NCBI GenBank assembly: GCA_050115035.1
Contig: JASFRG010000001.1
Location: forward strand, 24,932 to 88,931
Direction: 5' to 3'
DNA length: 64,000 bases
From: Anaerolineales bacterium
GTDB taxonomy: Bacteria; Chloroflexota; Anaerolineae; Anaerolineales; Villigracilaceae
A program made the position numbers and the translations under genes. Shown piece after piece: positions 30,294-40,122 of this stretch. The number at the start of each line of letters is the position of its first letter. Position 1 is the stretch's first letter. A model generated the notes under the pieces. The model had not been told where the DNA came from, ran no database searches, and saw nothing but the letters and a program-made list of their open reading frames with translations.

Positions 30294-31019
30294 GTTATTC
30301 CTTTCTCAATCTGGTTGCCCAACTATTAGTCAAAGGAATATTTTCATCTTAGCAACAACCTATGGGATGAAATTTTTCTGTATAAGCCATGTCCTTCGAG
30401 GTACATCAGTTGCGTAAATTCTACAATAATAAATCTTTCGAGAACATACAGAATTTTCTTAACTATACGATTCCCAAACTCCAAATTCAACTGCTCTTTG
30501 TCATTTAACTCCAACCCCTCCCCGCCCTCTCCAAACTCAATACCAGCAACTTTCGCAAAATCTTCTCAATGGTTAAAGTTAACATAAGTATACAAGAAAT
30601 AACGAACCGGGCAATAAATTTGCAAAATCTTCAAAATTTCTATCCCCGCCGCAAGCGGACGGCGTATTACGAAATTTTGCCCCTACGGGTACAGATTTTG
30701 CTAAGGCACAGAACCCGCGTAGCAAGCCACGGGGTATTCTATGAAGAATAAAGAAAGCTTTGCGGTTGCACCTTAGATTAAAGAGAAAAATCATAATCCC
30801 ATGTGGTTATACGCAGAATGCTAATTTACACAAGGTTCATCCACAACCCCTCCCAAATATAAAAACTGAAATATAATCTAATTGACCTGCATTCCCTAAG
30901 ATTACCTTTGGGAATTGTGCGGTTGAATGGGATATTTAATGGCAAATGGCGTAAGCGCTAAACAAATTTCATAGCAGTTTTGGATATATTTTTGAAGTTG
31001 CTAAAATCTGGAGAATGGA

Positions 31020-33167
31020 TTGACCAATAAAACATGGTTCCTGATCGTCCGTTCAAGTATGGATGGCTTCCATGAACATTCTATTGTGCCCGGAAAGAAC
31101 AGGATTGGCAGGTCATCTGATAATGACATCATACTGCAAGATCCTGCCGCATCGAACTTTCATGCCGAAATCTCCTTGGATGAAAACACCGGTGGCATCT
31201 CAATCCGGGATCTCAATAGCACAAACGGCACTTTTATCAATGGAAAGAGAATCAATCGATCTCACAGCCTTCACCAGGATGATCAAATCCGTATAGGTCA
31301 CAGTTACATCTCCATTATAAAATCCAGAAAGGATTTATCACAGAGGTTCCCAGCGCGACTTGTACCAACGAAAGTCACAGGGGAATTGATCCTCGAATCG
31401 ATCGATCAATACGGTGTCTTGCTCAGTGAAATTGGTCGACGATTGGTCAACATCCCAAATTTGGACATCGCATTGGTCGAAATAGCAGCTTTGGTCAAAC
31501 GCATGATCGGGGCTGAAGAATGCCAGATCATCCTGGAAAATAATTTTGACAGCTTGAAGGGACTGGGGATTTCAGACGCGCTTTCCAAAAATATTATTGA
31601 GAAGAATTCTGCGCTTATCTTCTCAGACTCTCTTAACCAATCGGAGAAAAGCAAGAACCCTGATACACAACCGATAAAGTCTATGCTGCTGGCACCGGTC
31701 ATGTTGGATAAAAAAGTTGTCGCACTGATCTTTGCCAGAAAATCAAAACAAGCGCCCAGCCCCTTTAACAACAATGATCTTCAACTCGTGCTGGCAGTCA
31801 GCAACCAGGTGGCAATGTCAATCCAGCGCAGCCGCGTTGAGAGTGAGTTATTACACACTTCCAGCCACGATCCTCTTACAGATCTGCCAAACCGCGCTTT
31901 GTTCCTCGACAGGCTTAACTGGTCGATCATCCGGGCCAATCAAGAAGTGGGCTTCGAATTCGCGGTGTTATTCTTTGATATCGATGACTTTAAAGATGTC
32001 AACGACAGCCTCGGGCACGCTGTGGGCGATAAATTGCTCATTGCTGTGGCTGAAAGACTGAAACACAACGTGCGCAATCTTGATGAAAACACGGTTATCG
32101 CTCGCTTTGGTGGGGATGAATTTGCCATCCTTCTGGATGATATAAAGAGTGAACTCTACGCCTTAGCATCTGCAAACCGGCTCAAAGATATTTTGTCAAA
32201 ACCCTATAAGATCGATGAGAAACAATTGTACGCCACCGTGAGCATCGGTGTAGCTGTCAGTTCAATTGGGTATGAAAATCCGGGTGATATTCTTCGCGAT
32301 GCTGATATGGCCATGTATCAAGCAAAAGAGCTGGGGAAAGCGTGCGTTGAGATCTATGACAAAGAAATGCACGATCGTGTGAAAAAACGCCTGAATATGG
32401 GAACAGCTCTCAGGCAAGGCGCCCTGCAAAAAGAATTCCGCTTACATTACCAGCCAATCATAGCCCTCCAAAGCGGGAACATCGTTGGTTTCGAAGCCCT
32501 CATACGCTGGTATACCCCCGACAGAGGTATATTGAACCCGGCTGATTTCCTGTTTGCAATCGATACGGCCGGACTGATGCTTTCAACGGATCTCTGGGTG
32601 CTTCACACCGCTTGCATTCAAACTGTCGAATGGCAAAATAAATTTCCGCAATCCCCACCCCTCTTCATCTCTGTAAATCTTTCTGCAAAAAATATCAGAC
32701 ATCCAAACCTGGTAAAAAATATCAAAAACATTTTGCAGGTTACAAAACTAAATCCAAAAAGTTTACATTTGGAAATCACAGAAAAAGTCAGCGCACCAAA
32801 TGATGAGAAATCGATTGAAGTATTAAGCCAGTTGCGTTCATCAGGCATTCGGATCAGCCTGGATGATTTTGGGACAGGCTATTCAGCTTTGAATTATTTA
32901 TCTCATATGCCAATTGATGTCCTGAAAATTGACCAGTCTTTTATAAAAATGATCGGTAGGAGCAATGACAGTCAAAAAGTAATCGAGATGATAAAAATGC
33001 TCGCGGATCATCTGGGCATTACGGTGATTGCAGAAGGGGTCGAAGAGGCTGAGCAAATCTCATACCTTCAATCTATTAATTGCCAGTATCTACAGGGATA
33101 TTATTATGCAAAGCCACTGAATGCCCAGTCAGCCACAGAACTTTTAAAAGATGTTCGGCAAAAGTGA
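31020..33167 (+). CDS. FHA-GAF-GGDEF-EAL multidomain c-di-GMP signalling protein
   Basis: FHA (GRSSDNDIIL...STNGTFING), RFGGDEFAI, EALIRW, DDFGTGYS. TTG start 7 nt after GGAG. Confidence 0.9.
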   Translation: MTNKTWFLIVRSSMDGFHEHSIVPGKNRIGRSSDNDIILQDPAASNFHAEISLDENTGGISIRDLNSTNGTFINGKRINRSHSLHQDDQIRIGHSYISIIKSRKDLSQRFPARLVPTKVTGELILESIDQYGVLLSEIGRRLVNIPNLDIALVEIAALVKRMIGAEECQIILENNFDSLKGLGISDALSKNIIEKNSALIFSDSLNQSEKSKNPDTQPIKSMLLAPVMLDKKVVALIFARKSKQAPSPFNNNDLQLVLAVSNQVAMSIQRSRVESELLHTSSHDPLTDLPNRALFLDRLNWSIIRANQEVGFEFAVLFFDIDDFKDVNDSLGHAVGDKLLIAVAERLKHNVRNLDENTVIARFGGDEFAILLDDIKSELYALASANRLKDILSKPYKIDEKQLYATVSIGVAVSSIGYENPGDILRDADMAMYQAKELGKACVEIYDKEMHDRVKKRLNMGTALRQGALQKEFRLHYQPIIALQSGNIVGFEALIRWYTPDRGILNPADFLFAIDTAGLMLSTDLWVLHTACIQTVEWQNKFPQSPPLFISVNLSAKNIRHPNLVKNIKNILQVTKLNPKSLHLEITEKVSAPNDEKSIEVLSQLRSSGIRISLDDFGTGYSALNYLSHMPIDVLKIDQSFIKMIGRSNDSQKVIEMIKMLADHLGITVIAEGVEEAEQISYLQSINCQYLQGYYYAKPLNAQSATELLKDVRQK

Positions 33168-33245
33168 CGGGATCCAAAATTGGTCAATGCGTTTGCAAAA
33201 TGTTTTTTTTGATCATCACAATATTGTTTCACCTTAAATCAAACA

Positions 33246-34436
33246 TCATTCACATGGGATATCCGCCGGGTCAGGATCACTTCCCTGCGCCCAGACGCGC
33301 TCAAACTCCTGGATATATAACGCAGCGATCTCTGGGTTATCTATGATGAGAACATTCTCATCGTTGCTCTCTTCAGCATTGGTCGAGTAATTGAGTGAAC
33401 CGGTCATAACGATGCGCTCATCCACGACAATATACTTGTGGTGCAAAAATGACGGGTTGCCGTCCTGGCGCACAGGCACGCCAGCGCAATGCAGAGTGCG
33501 CAACTCTGCAAATTCGGTCTCGCTGCCCACCTTTTCGAAAACACCAGCCACATCTACGCCCGCTTCTGCACGGTCGATCATGGCTTTTGCCAGAGGATAA
33601 TCTGTAAAGCTGAAAGCCAGGAAGCGCACGCTGCTCTGGGCGCCCTCAACTACCGGAATGATGTGGCCGAGCACGCCATCCTCAGCCGCAAATAACACCT
33701 GGACGGGCGTACCGTTGATGGTTGTCGATTGCTGCTCCACAGTAGACGGAGAACGGATTCCAAATTCCCCATTCCACATCTCCTGGAATTCGCGCTCGTA
33801 GATTTCCGCCAGTCTTGTCGAGCGGATGGAGATCACGTTATTGTTCTGTTTGAAAATGCCGTTTACGGTGATATTGGTAGAACCCGTCCAGACCTCTTGA
33901 CCATCGAAGATCCAGAATTTATTGTGCATAAGACCCGAGCGCGCATCATCCTTGATTTCGATCCCGGCTCCTTCAAGCATCGCAAATTGACCGTGCCCGG
34001 GCTCCTCATCCGCTTCCAAGCCGTGCTCGTTATCAGTCACCCAACGCACATCTACTCCACGCTGTTTTGCCGCAATCAGCGCCTCGGCAACTGGTGTCAG
34101 ATCGAATTCAAAGGAAGCAATATGGATACTCCTTTGTGCCGCATTAATCTTATCGATCAGATGCGCCTCAATAGAATTGCCCCAGTTATTCGGGTCGTTG
34201 ATCGTGATCGGGTCCGCAAAATAGACCCCCCACCACTCACCGGAAGCGTTTGAAACCGGTGGCACCTCTGGGAGCGTCACCGGGCCATTTCCATCAGGAG
34301 GTGTTTCCGTTGGTGTAAAGATGCCCAGCACGTCCGAACCGGTAAATGTATAAATTGTGCCAAAACATAAGACTACAACAAAAATAATGAGCATCAATGT
34401 GCTGTTCGCGCTAGATGATTTTTTCCTGGGTGACAT
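33246..34436 (-). CDS. Phospholipase D-family protein (two HKD motifs), N-terminally anchored
   Basis: HNKFWIFDGQEVWTGSTN and HHKYIVVDERIVMTGSLN. Confidence 0.85.
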   Translation of the reverse strand: MSPRKKSSSANSTLMLIIFVVVLCFGTIYTFTGSDVLGIFTPTETPPDGNGPVTLPEVPPVSNASGEWWGVYFADPITINDPNNWGNSIEAHLIDKINAAQRSIHIASFEFDLTPVAEALIAAKQRGVDVRWVTDNEHGLEADEEPGHGQFAMLEGAGIEIKDDARSGLMHNKFWIFDGQEVWTGSTNITVNGIFKQNNNVISIRSTRLAEIYEREFQEMWNGEFGIRSPSTVEQQSTTINGTPVQVLFAAEDGVLGHIIPVVEGAQSSVRFLAFSFTDYPLAKAMIDRAEAGVDVAGVFEKVGSETEFAELRTLHCAGVPVRQDGNPSFLHHKYIVVDERIVMTGSLNYSTNAEESNDENVLIIDNPEIAALYIQEFERVWAQGSDPDPADIPCE

Positions 34437-34438
34437 TG

Positions 34439-34900
34439 TTAATCCTGTTTATTGGAATTTTGTGCTTCGAAGTTTTTTCTCAAGCTTGTGATGATTTGCC
34501 CTGCTGATTCACCTCCGGACAAACGTTCCATCACATCCTCCAGATTTGGAAACAGTAAACTTTCCCCATACAACATACGGGCGTGTTTCTGGACACTATC
34601 CCACAGCCACTGCTTTCCCTCGGCATCCATGTCCAGCCCTTCGCCCAGCAAGCGTCCCAGATGGCGCATCAGTTTCCGTAAGGCTTTCAATCGGTCTGCC
34701 ATCGACAATTCGGCAGTCTCGTCATCCATACCCTCAGTGGAGGAGGCAATTCCCTCCGCACTTTTCAGACTCCAGGAAAGCATCTCGCTGGCAGCGGCTT
34801 CATCCAATGAACCACCCAGAGCTTCATTACCCACGATATTTTCCTGCACGCGCCGGACGCGCTCACGGACAGCCTGACTTTTTCCTTCCTCTTCACGCAT
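34439..34900 (-). CDS. Hypothetical acidic helical protein
   Basis: 153 aa, tightly spaced between fabD and the PLD gene. No motif recognised. Confidence 0.5.
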   Translation of the reverse strand: MREEEGKSQAVRERVRRVQENIVGNEALGGSLDEAAASEMLSWSLKSAEGIASSTEGMDDETAELSMADRLKALRKLMRHLGRLLGEGLDMDAEGKQWLWDSVQKHARMLYGESLLFPNLEDVMERLSGGESAGQIITSLRKNFEAQNSNKQD

Positions 34901-34939
34901 AGTTCACCTCGCCGGAAGTATAGCAGGAATTTTAATGGT

Positions 34940-35884
34940 TCAACTTTCCAGATTCTCAAAATCGGACGGAACCCCCAATGTACACCTGGATACACCCGCG
35001 TCTATCCGTTTGATCATTCCAACCAGTACACTTCCGCTTCCCACCTCGACGAAAGCCTGCGTGCCGACCTTCACCATTCCCTGCACCGATTCGATCCAGC
35101 GCACGCGCGAGTCCATTTGCGCTTTTATATCATCCCGCAGTTCTTCGGCGGTGGTCATTGCTTTCGCGTGGACATTGCCTACGACAGGGATTTCCGGGTC
35201 GCGCATCTCACAGTCATCTACAGCCTGGTTCCAAGCATCTTGAATGGAAGCCATCAAGGGCGAGTGCGCCGCAATGCTGACCGCCAATGGAATGCCGCGT
35301 TTGGCACCCGCAGCCTTTGCCCCCTCGATTGCGCGAGTCACCGCCTCTTTTGCGCCCGAGATGACCACCTGCCCGGGACAGTTATCGTTCGCCACCTGCA
35401 CGATCTCATCCGGCGTACTAGCTTCTGCGCAAACTTTTTCCAATGCAGGAATATCCAGTCCCAGGATGGCGGCCATACCGCCCGGCGACAATTCGCCGGC
35501 GCGCTTCATCAATTCACCGCGAGCCCGCACCAGGCGCAATCCATCCGCATAGGATAAAGCCCCGGCAGCGGACAGGGCCGTCAGTTCGCCCAGCGAATGC
35601 CCGGCCACGGAGGCAGGCTTGAAGGTCGGGTAGAGATGCGCGAAAACTCGTTGCGCGGCCATCGAATGAACGTACAAAGCCGGCTGCGTGTTGACTGTAT
35701 CATTCAATTCATCTTCCGGTCCCGTCCACATCAGTTGAGAAAGAGAAAATCCCAGCACATCATCAGCCTCTTCGAATGTCTGCTTTGTCTGTGGATACGC
35801 TTCGGCCAGTTCGTGTCCCATTCCAACGCTCTGTGAGCCCTGGCCCGGGAATATAAAGGCGGTTGTTTTTGGATCAAGTTTCAT
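34940..35884 (-). CDS. fabD: Malonyl-CoA:ACP transacylase
   Basis: FPGQGSQ, GHSLGE, VSIAAHSPLM. Confidence 0.95.
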   Translation of the reverse strand: MKLDPKTTAFIFPGQGSQSVGMGHELAEAYPQTKQTFEEADDVLGFSLSQLMWTGPEDELNDTVNTQPALYVHSMAAQRVFAHLYPTFKPASVAGHSLGELTALSAAGALSYADGLRLVRARGELMKRAGELSPGGMAAILGLDIPALEKVCAEASTPDEIVQVANDNCPGQVVISGAKEAVTRAIEGAKAAGAKRGIPLAVSIAAHSPLMASIQDAWNQAVDDCEMRDPEIPVVGNVHAKAMTTAEELRDDIKAQMDSRVRWIESVQGMVKVGTQAFVEVGSGSVLVGMIKRIDAGVSRCTLGVPSDFENLES

Positions 35885-35951
35885 GAAATCACCTCATGCC
35901 GCTTAAACACAAACGAGCCGTGTTCGTCACGGCTCGCTGGTGGTTTTGTGA

Positions 35952-36146
35952 TTATTCCGACTTGTCTTTGTCGACTTCGATCACTTCGCGGCCCTGGTAA
36001 TGCCCGCAATTTGGGCAGACCGTGTGCGGCAGGCGCATGGAACCGCAATTACTGCACGAAACTAAGGCGCGCGCCGAAATTGCATCATGGGCACGGCGGC
36101 GATCACGGCGACCTTTGGATACTTTCCGTTTAGGCTGTGGGGTCAT
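35952..36146 (-). CDS. rpmF: 50S ribosomal protein L32
   Basis: PKRKVSKGRRDRRRAH plus a CxxC...CxxC zinc ribbon. Confidence 0.9.
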   Translation of the reverse strand: MTPQPKRKVSKGRRDRRRAHDAISARALVSCSNCGSMRLPHTVCPNCGHYQGREVIEVDKDKSE

Positions 36147-36272
36147 GTCTTTCTCCTTACAAAATTATACCGGGCACATGCCCGGCGCTTGTTTTCCGAT
36201 AGCAGGCCGATTATATAGGCAGGTTGCAAATGCGTCAAGCGTAGAATAGTGACTTCGTAGTAAAATCTAAGC

Positions 36273-36986
36273 ATGGAAGTTCAAATCGCAGTTGCCAAAA
36301 TCAACAAGTACGCTTCCTCTGAAAGCGGTGATACGCTGGAGGTTGTAGAGCGCCCCAACGGAGGCTTATCGGTTGTGCTGGCCGATGGGCAGACGTCGGG
36401 ACGAGGGGCCAAAGCTGTTTCTATGATGGTGGTCCGCAAGGTAATTAGTCTGCTGGCCGAAGGGGTACGCGACGGAGCCGCCGCCCGGGCTGCCTCCGAC
36501 ACGTTGTACACCGATAAAAATGCCAAGGTGTCCTGCACACTTAACATCGCCTCCATCGACCTGGAAACCAATACGGTCGTAATGTCGCGGAACAACCCCT
36601 CTCCCATTTTCATTTGCCACGAAGAACAGGTCGATTGTATGGGAACGGAAAGCATGCCGCTCGGGGTACGCCGGGACATCAAACCGGTCATCACAGAGGT
36701 GGAACTCCAACATGGCCTGACCGTTGTGATGTACACGGATGGATTGACGCATGCCGGAAAACGCCGCGGCACACCAATGGACGTCTGCAACGCCATCCAG
36801 GCCATGCTCGAAGACCAGGATCCCACACCGCAGGAACTGGCTGACTCGCTGTTAGCACACGCCGTCAACCTGGATGAAGGCCGTCCCGCAGATGACATCA
36901 GCGTGGTGGTGCTCAAAGTCCGCAGCATCAACGGTGACCAGGTGCGTCGGATGAGTGTGCGGCTGCCCCTGCAACCTGTTTTCTAA
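36273..36986 (+). CDS. PP2C/SpoIIE-family protein phosphatase
   Basis: ESGDT...LADGQTSG...MYTDGL...DDISVVVLKV metal-binding Asp pattern. Confidence 0.7.
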   Translation: MEVQIAVAKINKYASSESGDTLEVVERPNGGLSVVLADGQTSGRGAKAVSMMVVRKVISLLAEGVRDGAAARAASDTLYTDKNAKVSCTLNIASIDLETNTVVMSRNNPSPIFICHEEQVDCMGTESMPLGVRRDIKPVITEVELQHGLTVVMYTDGLTHAGKRRGTPMDVCNAIQAMLEDQDPTPQELADSLLAHAVNLDEGRPADDISVVVLKVRSINGDQVRRMSVRLPLQPVF

Positions 36987-36995
36987 GGAAAGGTT

Positions 36996-38033
36996 GTGCA
37001 CAGATCAAGACGCCGCATGCTGCGCGCATCCTTGCGCGATACGGCGCTGCTGCTCAGAGAATTCCGCACGGCATTGGTCGTTTTTCTGATGGCAATTCTC
37101 AGCAGCGCGGTGCTCTATTTTTCCATTGCCCGCCAGGTAGGGGAACCCATACGTAATTTTACCGAAGCTATTTACATCGTTATATCCTTGGCCTTTTTTC
37201 AACCGCCGGGTGACTTTCCTGAAAGTCCTTTTCTCGAAGCGTTCTTCTTCATCATGCCCTTGGTTGGCATCGGATCGCTAGCATTGGGTCTGGCTGATTT
37301 CGGGTATCTGTTATTCAATCGTCGTGCACGCAGCAAGGAGTGGGAAATGGCTATTGCCTCCACATTGGAGAATCACCATGTTCTGGTCGGCCTGGGGCAT
37401 TTGGGCTTCCACGTCGTTGAACACCTCAAGGTGGCTATGAACCAGGAAATCGCTGTTATCGAGCAGAATCCTTCGGTAGATATGTTCAAGGCTGTCCAGG
37501 AAATGGACATCCCGATCATTGCGGAGGATGCCAGCCGTGAATTCGTACTGGAGGCAGCCGGTGTGCGCCGCGCGAAATCCATTATCCTGTGCATGCAAAA
37601 TGACGCCATCAATTTAAAGATCGCCTTGAAAGCGCGCAGCTTGAACCCTGATATCCGCGTCATCATCCGCATCTTCGACGACGACTTTGCCAAAGCACTC
37701 ACCGAACAGTTTGGGTTTGTGGCGCTGAGCGGTACGGGTTTGGCCGCCCCGGCCTTCGCCGCCTCCGCCACCGATGCCGAGATCACACGCCCGGTCAGCA
37801 TCGAAGGGGAAGCGCTCAGTCTGGCACGCATCCATATCAACCCGGGCTGCAAACTCGATAACGAGACTGTCGGTGGCATTGAAGACGGTTACAACGTCAG
37901 CATCATCCTGGTGCGCCAGGATGGCAAATCAAATTTTCATCCAGTTGACTCGCATCCCATCCGCGCCAACGATATCATTGCCGTGCTGGGACGCCCGGAC
38001 ATCCTACATCAATTGATCCATGACAGCCAGTGA
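36996..38033 (+). CDS. Ion-channel-like membrane protein with RCK/TrkA-N and TrkA-C domains
   Basis: Two or three N-terminal TM helices, then the VLVGLGHLGFHV Rossmann motif. GTG start. Confidence 0.7.
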   Translation: MHRSRRRMLRASLRDTALLLREFRTALVVFLMAILSSAVLYFSIARQVGEPIRNFTEAIYIVISLAFFQPPGDFPESPFLEAFFFIMPLVGIGSLALGLADFGYLLFNRRARSKEWEMAIASTLENHHVLVGLGHLGFHVVEHLKVAMNQEIAVIEQNPSVDMFKAVQEMDIPIIAEDASREFVLEAAGVRRAKSIILCMQNDAINLKIALKARSLNPDIRVIIRIFDDDFAKALTEQFGFVALSGTGLAAPAFAASATDAEITRPVSIEGEALSLARIHINPGCKLDNETVGGIEDGYNVSIILVRQDGKSNFHPVDSHPIRANDIIAVLGRPDILHQLIHDSQ

Positions 38034-38391
38034 TTCGTTCTTGATCGGTGTAGTTGGTCCCTGTGGAGCGGGCAAATCCACCCTGATCGAAGGGCTGGAT
38101 GAGCTCGGCTACGCCACCCGTCACATCGCGCAAGAACACTCCTACGTACGGGATATGTGGCAGCGCATGACCAACCCGGATGTGCTGATCTTTTTGCAAG
38201 TCTCTTTTACTGTCTCACAAGAGCGCCGCCCCATGAACTGGAACGAGGCTGAGTACAACGAGCAGCAGCGCCGTCTGTCACATGCGCTGGAGCATGCCGA
38301 CCTGGTTTTGGACACGGACCAGCTAAGCATCCAGGAAGTGTTCGAACAGGTATTGGCTTTTCTCAAAAAAAGCGAAGATCAGCAAAATTAA
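38020..38391 (+). CDS. Small P-loop NTPase/kinase-like protein
   Basis: Walker A GPCGAGKST. Overlaps the upstream stop by 14 nt. Confidence 0.6.
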   Translation: MTASDSFLIGVVGPCGAGKSTLIEGLDELGYATRHIAQEHSYVRDMWQRMTNPDVLIFLQVSFTVSQERRPMNWNEAEYNEQQRRLSHALEHADLVLDTDQLSIQEVFEQVLAFLKKSEDQQN

Positions 38392-38473
38392 AACCCCTCC
38401 GCATACCCGTGCCCTTTGTGAACAAATTTGTTACCATAAGAACTGAAATCAAATCGCACTCAGGAGACTCAGC

Positions 38474-40009
38474 ATGAAAAAGGCTATTGTGTGGATCATC
38501 GTCGGCGTTCTACTGGTCAGCGCTTGCCGCTTGTTCTCAGATCTTTCAGGACAAGAAAATGAACCCGTACCCCCACCAGCTACATCCACCCCTGCCCCTC
38601 TCGAATCGGAAACCACCGATCCGGACGATGAACTTTCTATCTTCCGTGAGGGACTGATCGAGTCACAGCAGAAATCGTTGGATAAACTCTCCGATGCAAG
38701 TTTCTACGAGATTCAGTTCACAATCCAGGATGACATCGCCACAACAAAAGGTTTGGAAGAAGTGCGCTACACCAACCGTGAAGAGGTCCCGCTGGAAGAG
38801 ATCCAATTCCGCTTGTTTCCCAACGCGCTCAACGGGGAGATGCGGGTTGCTACCGTGCGAGTGAATGATCAGCCCTTCGAGCCACTCTACGAACTGCAAG
38901 ACAGCCTGATGCGAGTTCCGCTCTATGAACCTCTACAACCCGGAGAAAGCGCGGCCATTTCCATTCAATTCACCGTAACTGCGCCCACGACCATTGAATC
39001 AAACTACGGCATCCTGGCATATTACGATGGTGTGCTGACCCTGGCACATGCCTACCCGATGATTGCCGTTTATGACGATGAGGGCTGGAACGCCGAAATT
39101 CCACCCAACCAAGGCGATCCCACCTACGCGGATGCCAGCTTCTTCCTCGTAACAGTAGATGCGCCAGATAAGTTGGTGTTGGTTAGCGCGGGACGCGAAG
39201 TCAGTCGTGAAGATAAAGGAGGCAGGCAGGTCGTCACGTATGCCGCGGGTCCGGCTCGGGATTTTTACCTGGCTGCCAGCGCGGATTACGAAGCCACCAG
39301 TCAGACTATTGGCGGAGTTACATACAACAGTTACACACTCACCGGCCTGGAAGATGGTGCGCAAGTCGCTATCGATGATGCCGCAAAAGCGGTCGCGTTT
39401 TTTAGTGAGCAATACGCTCCTTACCCTTATACCGAGTTCGATATCGTTTCCACGCCTACCTATGCATTAGGGATCGAGTACCCGGGGATCATTGCGATCA
39501 CGAATCGTATTTATGACCTCGGTGGCACTTTAAATGGTACGCCGAACAACATTATGTTGGAATCGACTGTGGCGCATGAAGCTGGCCATCAATGGTTTTA
39601 TAACCTGGTCGGCAATGACCAGCTCGACGAACCCTGGCTGGATGAATCGTTAACTCAATTTGTGACCTGGCAATATTATGCCGACCAATATGGGCAAAAC
39701 GGTGAAGTAGGTTTCAGAGAGTCGCTGGCCGGGCGCTGGGCGCGTGTGAACAGTGAGCCCATCCCAATTGGGATGCCGGTTGCAGACTATGACGGCGTAG
39801 CTTACAGCGCCATCATCTATGGGCGCGGACCGTTTTTCTTCGAGGCCATGCGCGAGCAGATGGGTGAAGAGAATTTCGAGGCTTTCTTGAAAGATTACGT
39901 GGTCAGCAACTCTTGGGGGATTGGCACAGGCGAGAACATGAAAGCCTTGGCTGAAAAGCATTGCAACTGCAATCTGACTAGCTTATTTAACGACTGGGTT
40001 ACACCGTAA
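38474..40009 (+). CDS. M1-family zinc metallopeptidase, lipoprotein/secreted
   Basis: Signal-like N-terminus ending VSAC. HEAGHQWF followed by WLDESLTQ (HEXXH-E). Confidence 0.85.
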   Translation: MKKAIVWIIVGVLLVSACRLFSDLSGQENEPVPPPATSTPAPLESETTDPDDELSIFREGLIESQQKSLDKLSDASFYEIQFTIQDDIATTKGLEEVRYTNREEVPLEEIQFRLFPNALNGEMRVATVRVNDQPFEPLYELQDSLMRVPLYEPLQPGESAAISIQFTVTAPTTIESNYGILAYYDGVLTLAHAYPMIAVYDDEGWNAEIPPNQGDPTYADASFFLVTVDAPDKLVLVSAGREVSREDKGGRQVVTYAAGPARDFYLAASADYEATSQTIGGVTYNSYTLTGLEDGAQVAIDDAAKAVAFFSEQYAPYPYTEFDIVSTPTYALGIEYPGIIAITNRIYDLGGTLNGTPNNIMLESTVAHEAGHQWFYNLVGNDQLDEPWLDESLTQFVTWQYYADQYGQNGEVGFRESLAGRWARVNSEPIPIGMPVADYDGVAYSAIIYGRGPFFFEAMREQMGEENFEAFLKDYVVSNSWGIGTGENMKALAEKHCNCNLTSLFNDWVTP

Positions 40010-40122
40010 ACACCGTAATCCGTAACGATTTTCAAATCGCCCCTACCGAACCCCTTATAATGGGTGTATAATCACTCCCGCCAGCCAACGGCTGGCATTT
40101 TCGTGGATGGAGAAGTGAACGT

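Noticed and set aside
30294-31019. Search for an integron integrase or attI/Pc next to the cassette-like array
   Set aside because: No ORF longer than 71 aa is present and nothing resembles a tyrosine recombinase anywhere in the window. The array can at most be an integrase-less cluster.
36281-36931. 216-aa antisense ORF opposite the PP2C-like gene
   Set aside because: It is a shadow ORF with a Ser/Thr/Ala-rich low-complexity translation. The plus-strand product has the phosphatase metal-binding pattern.
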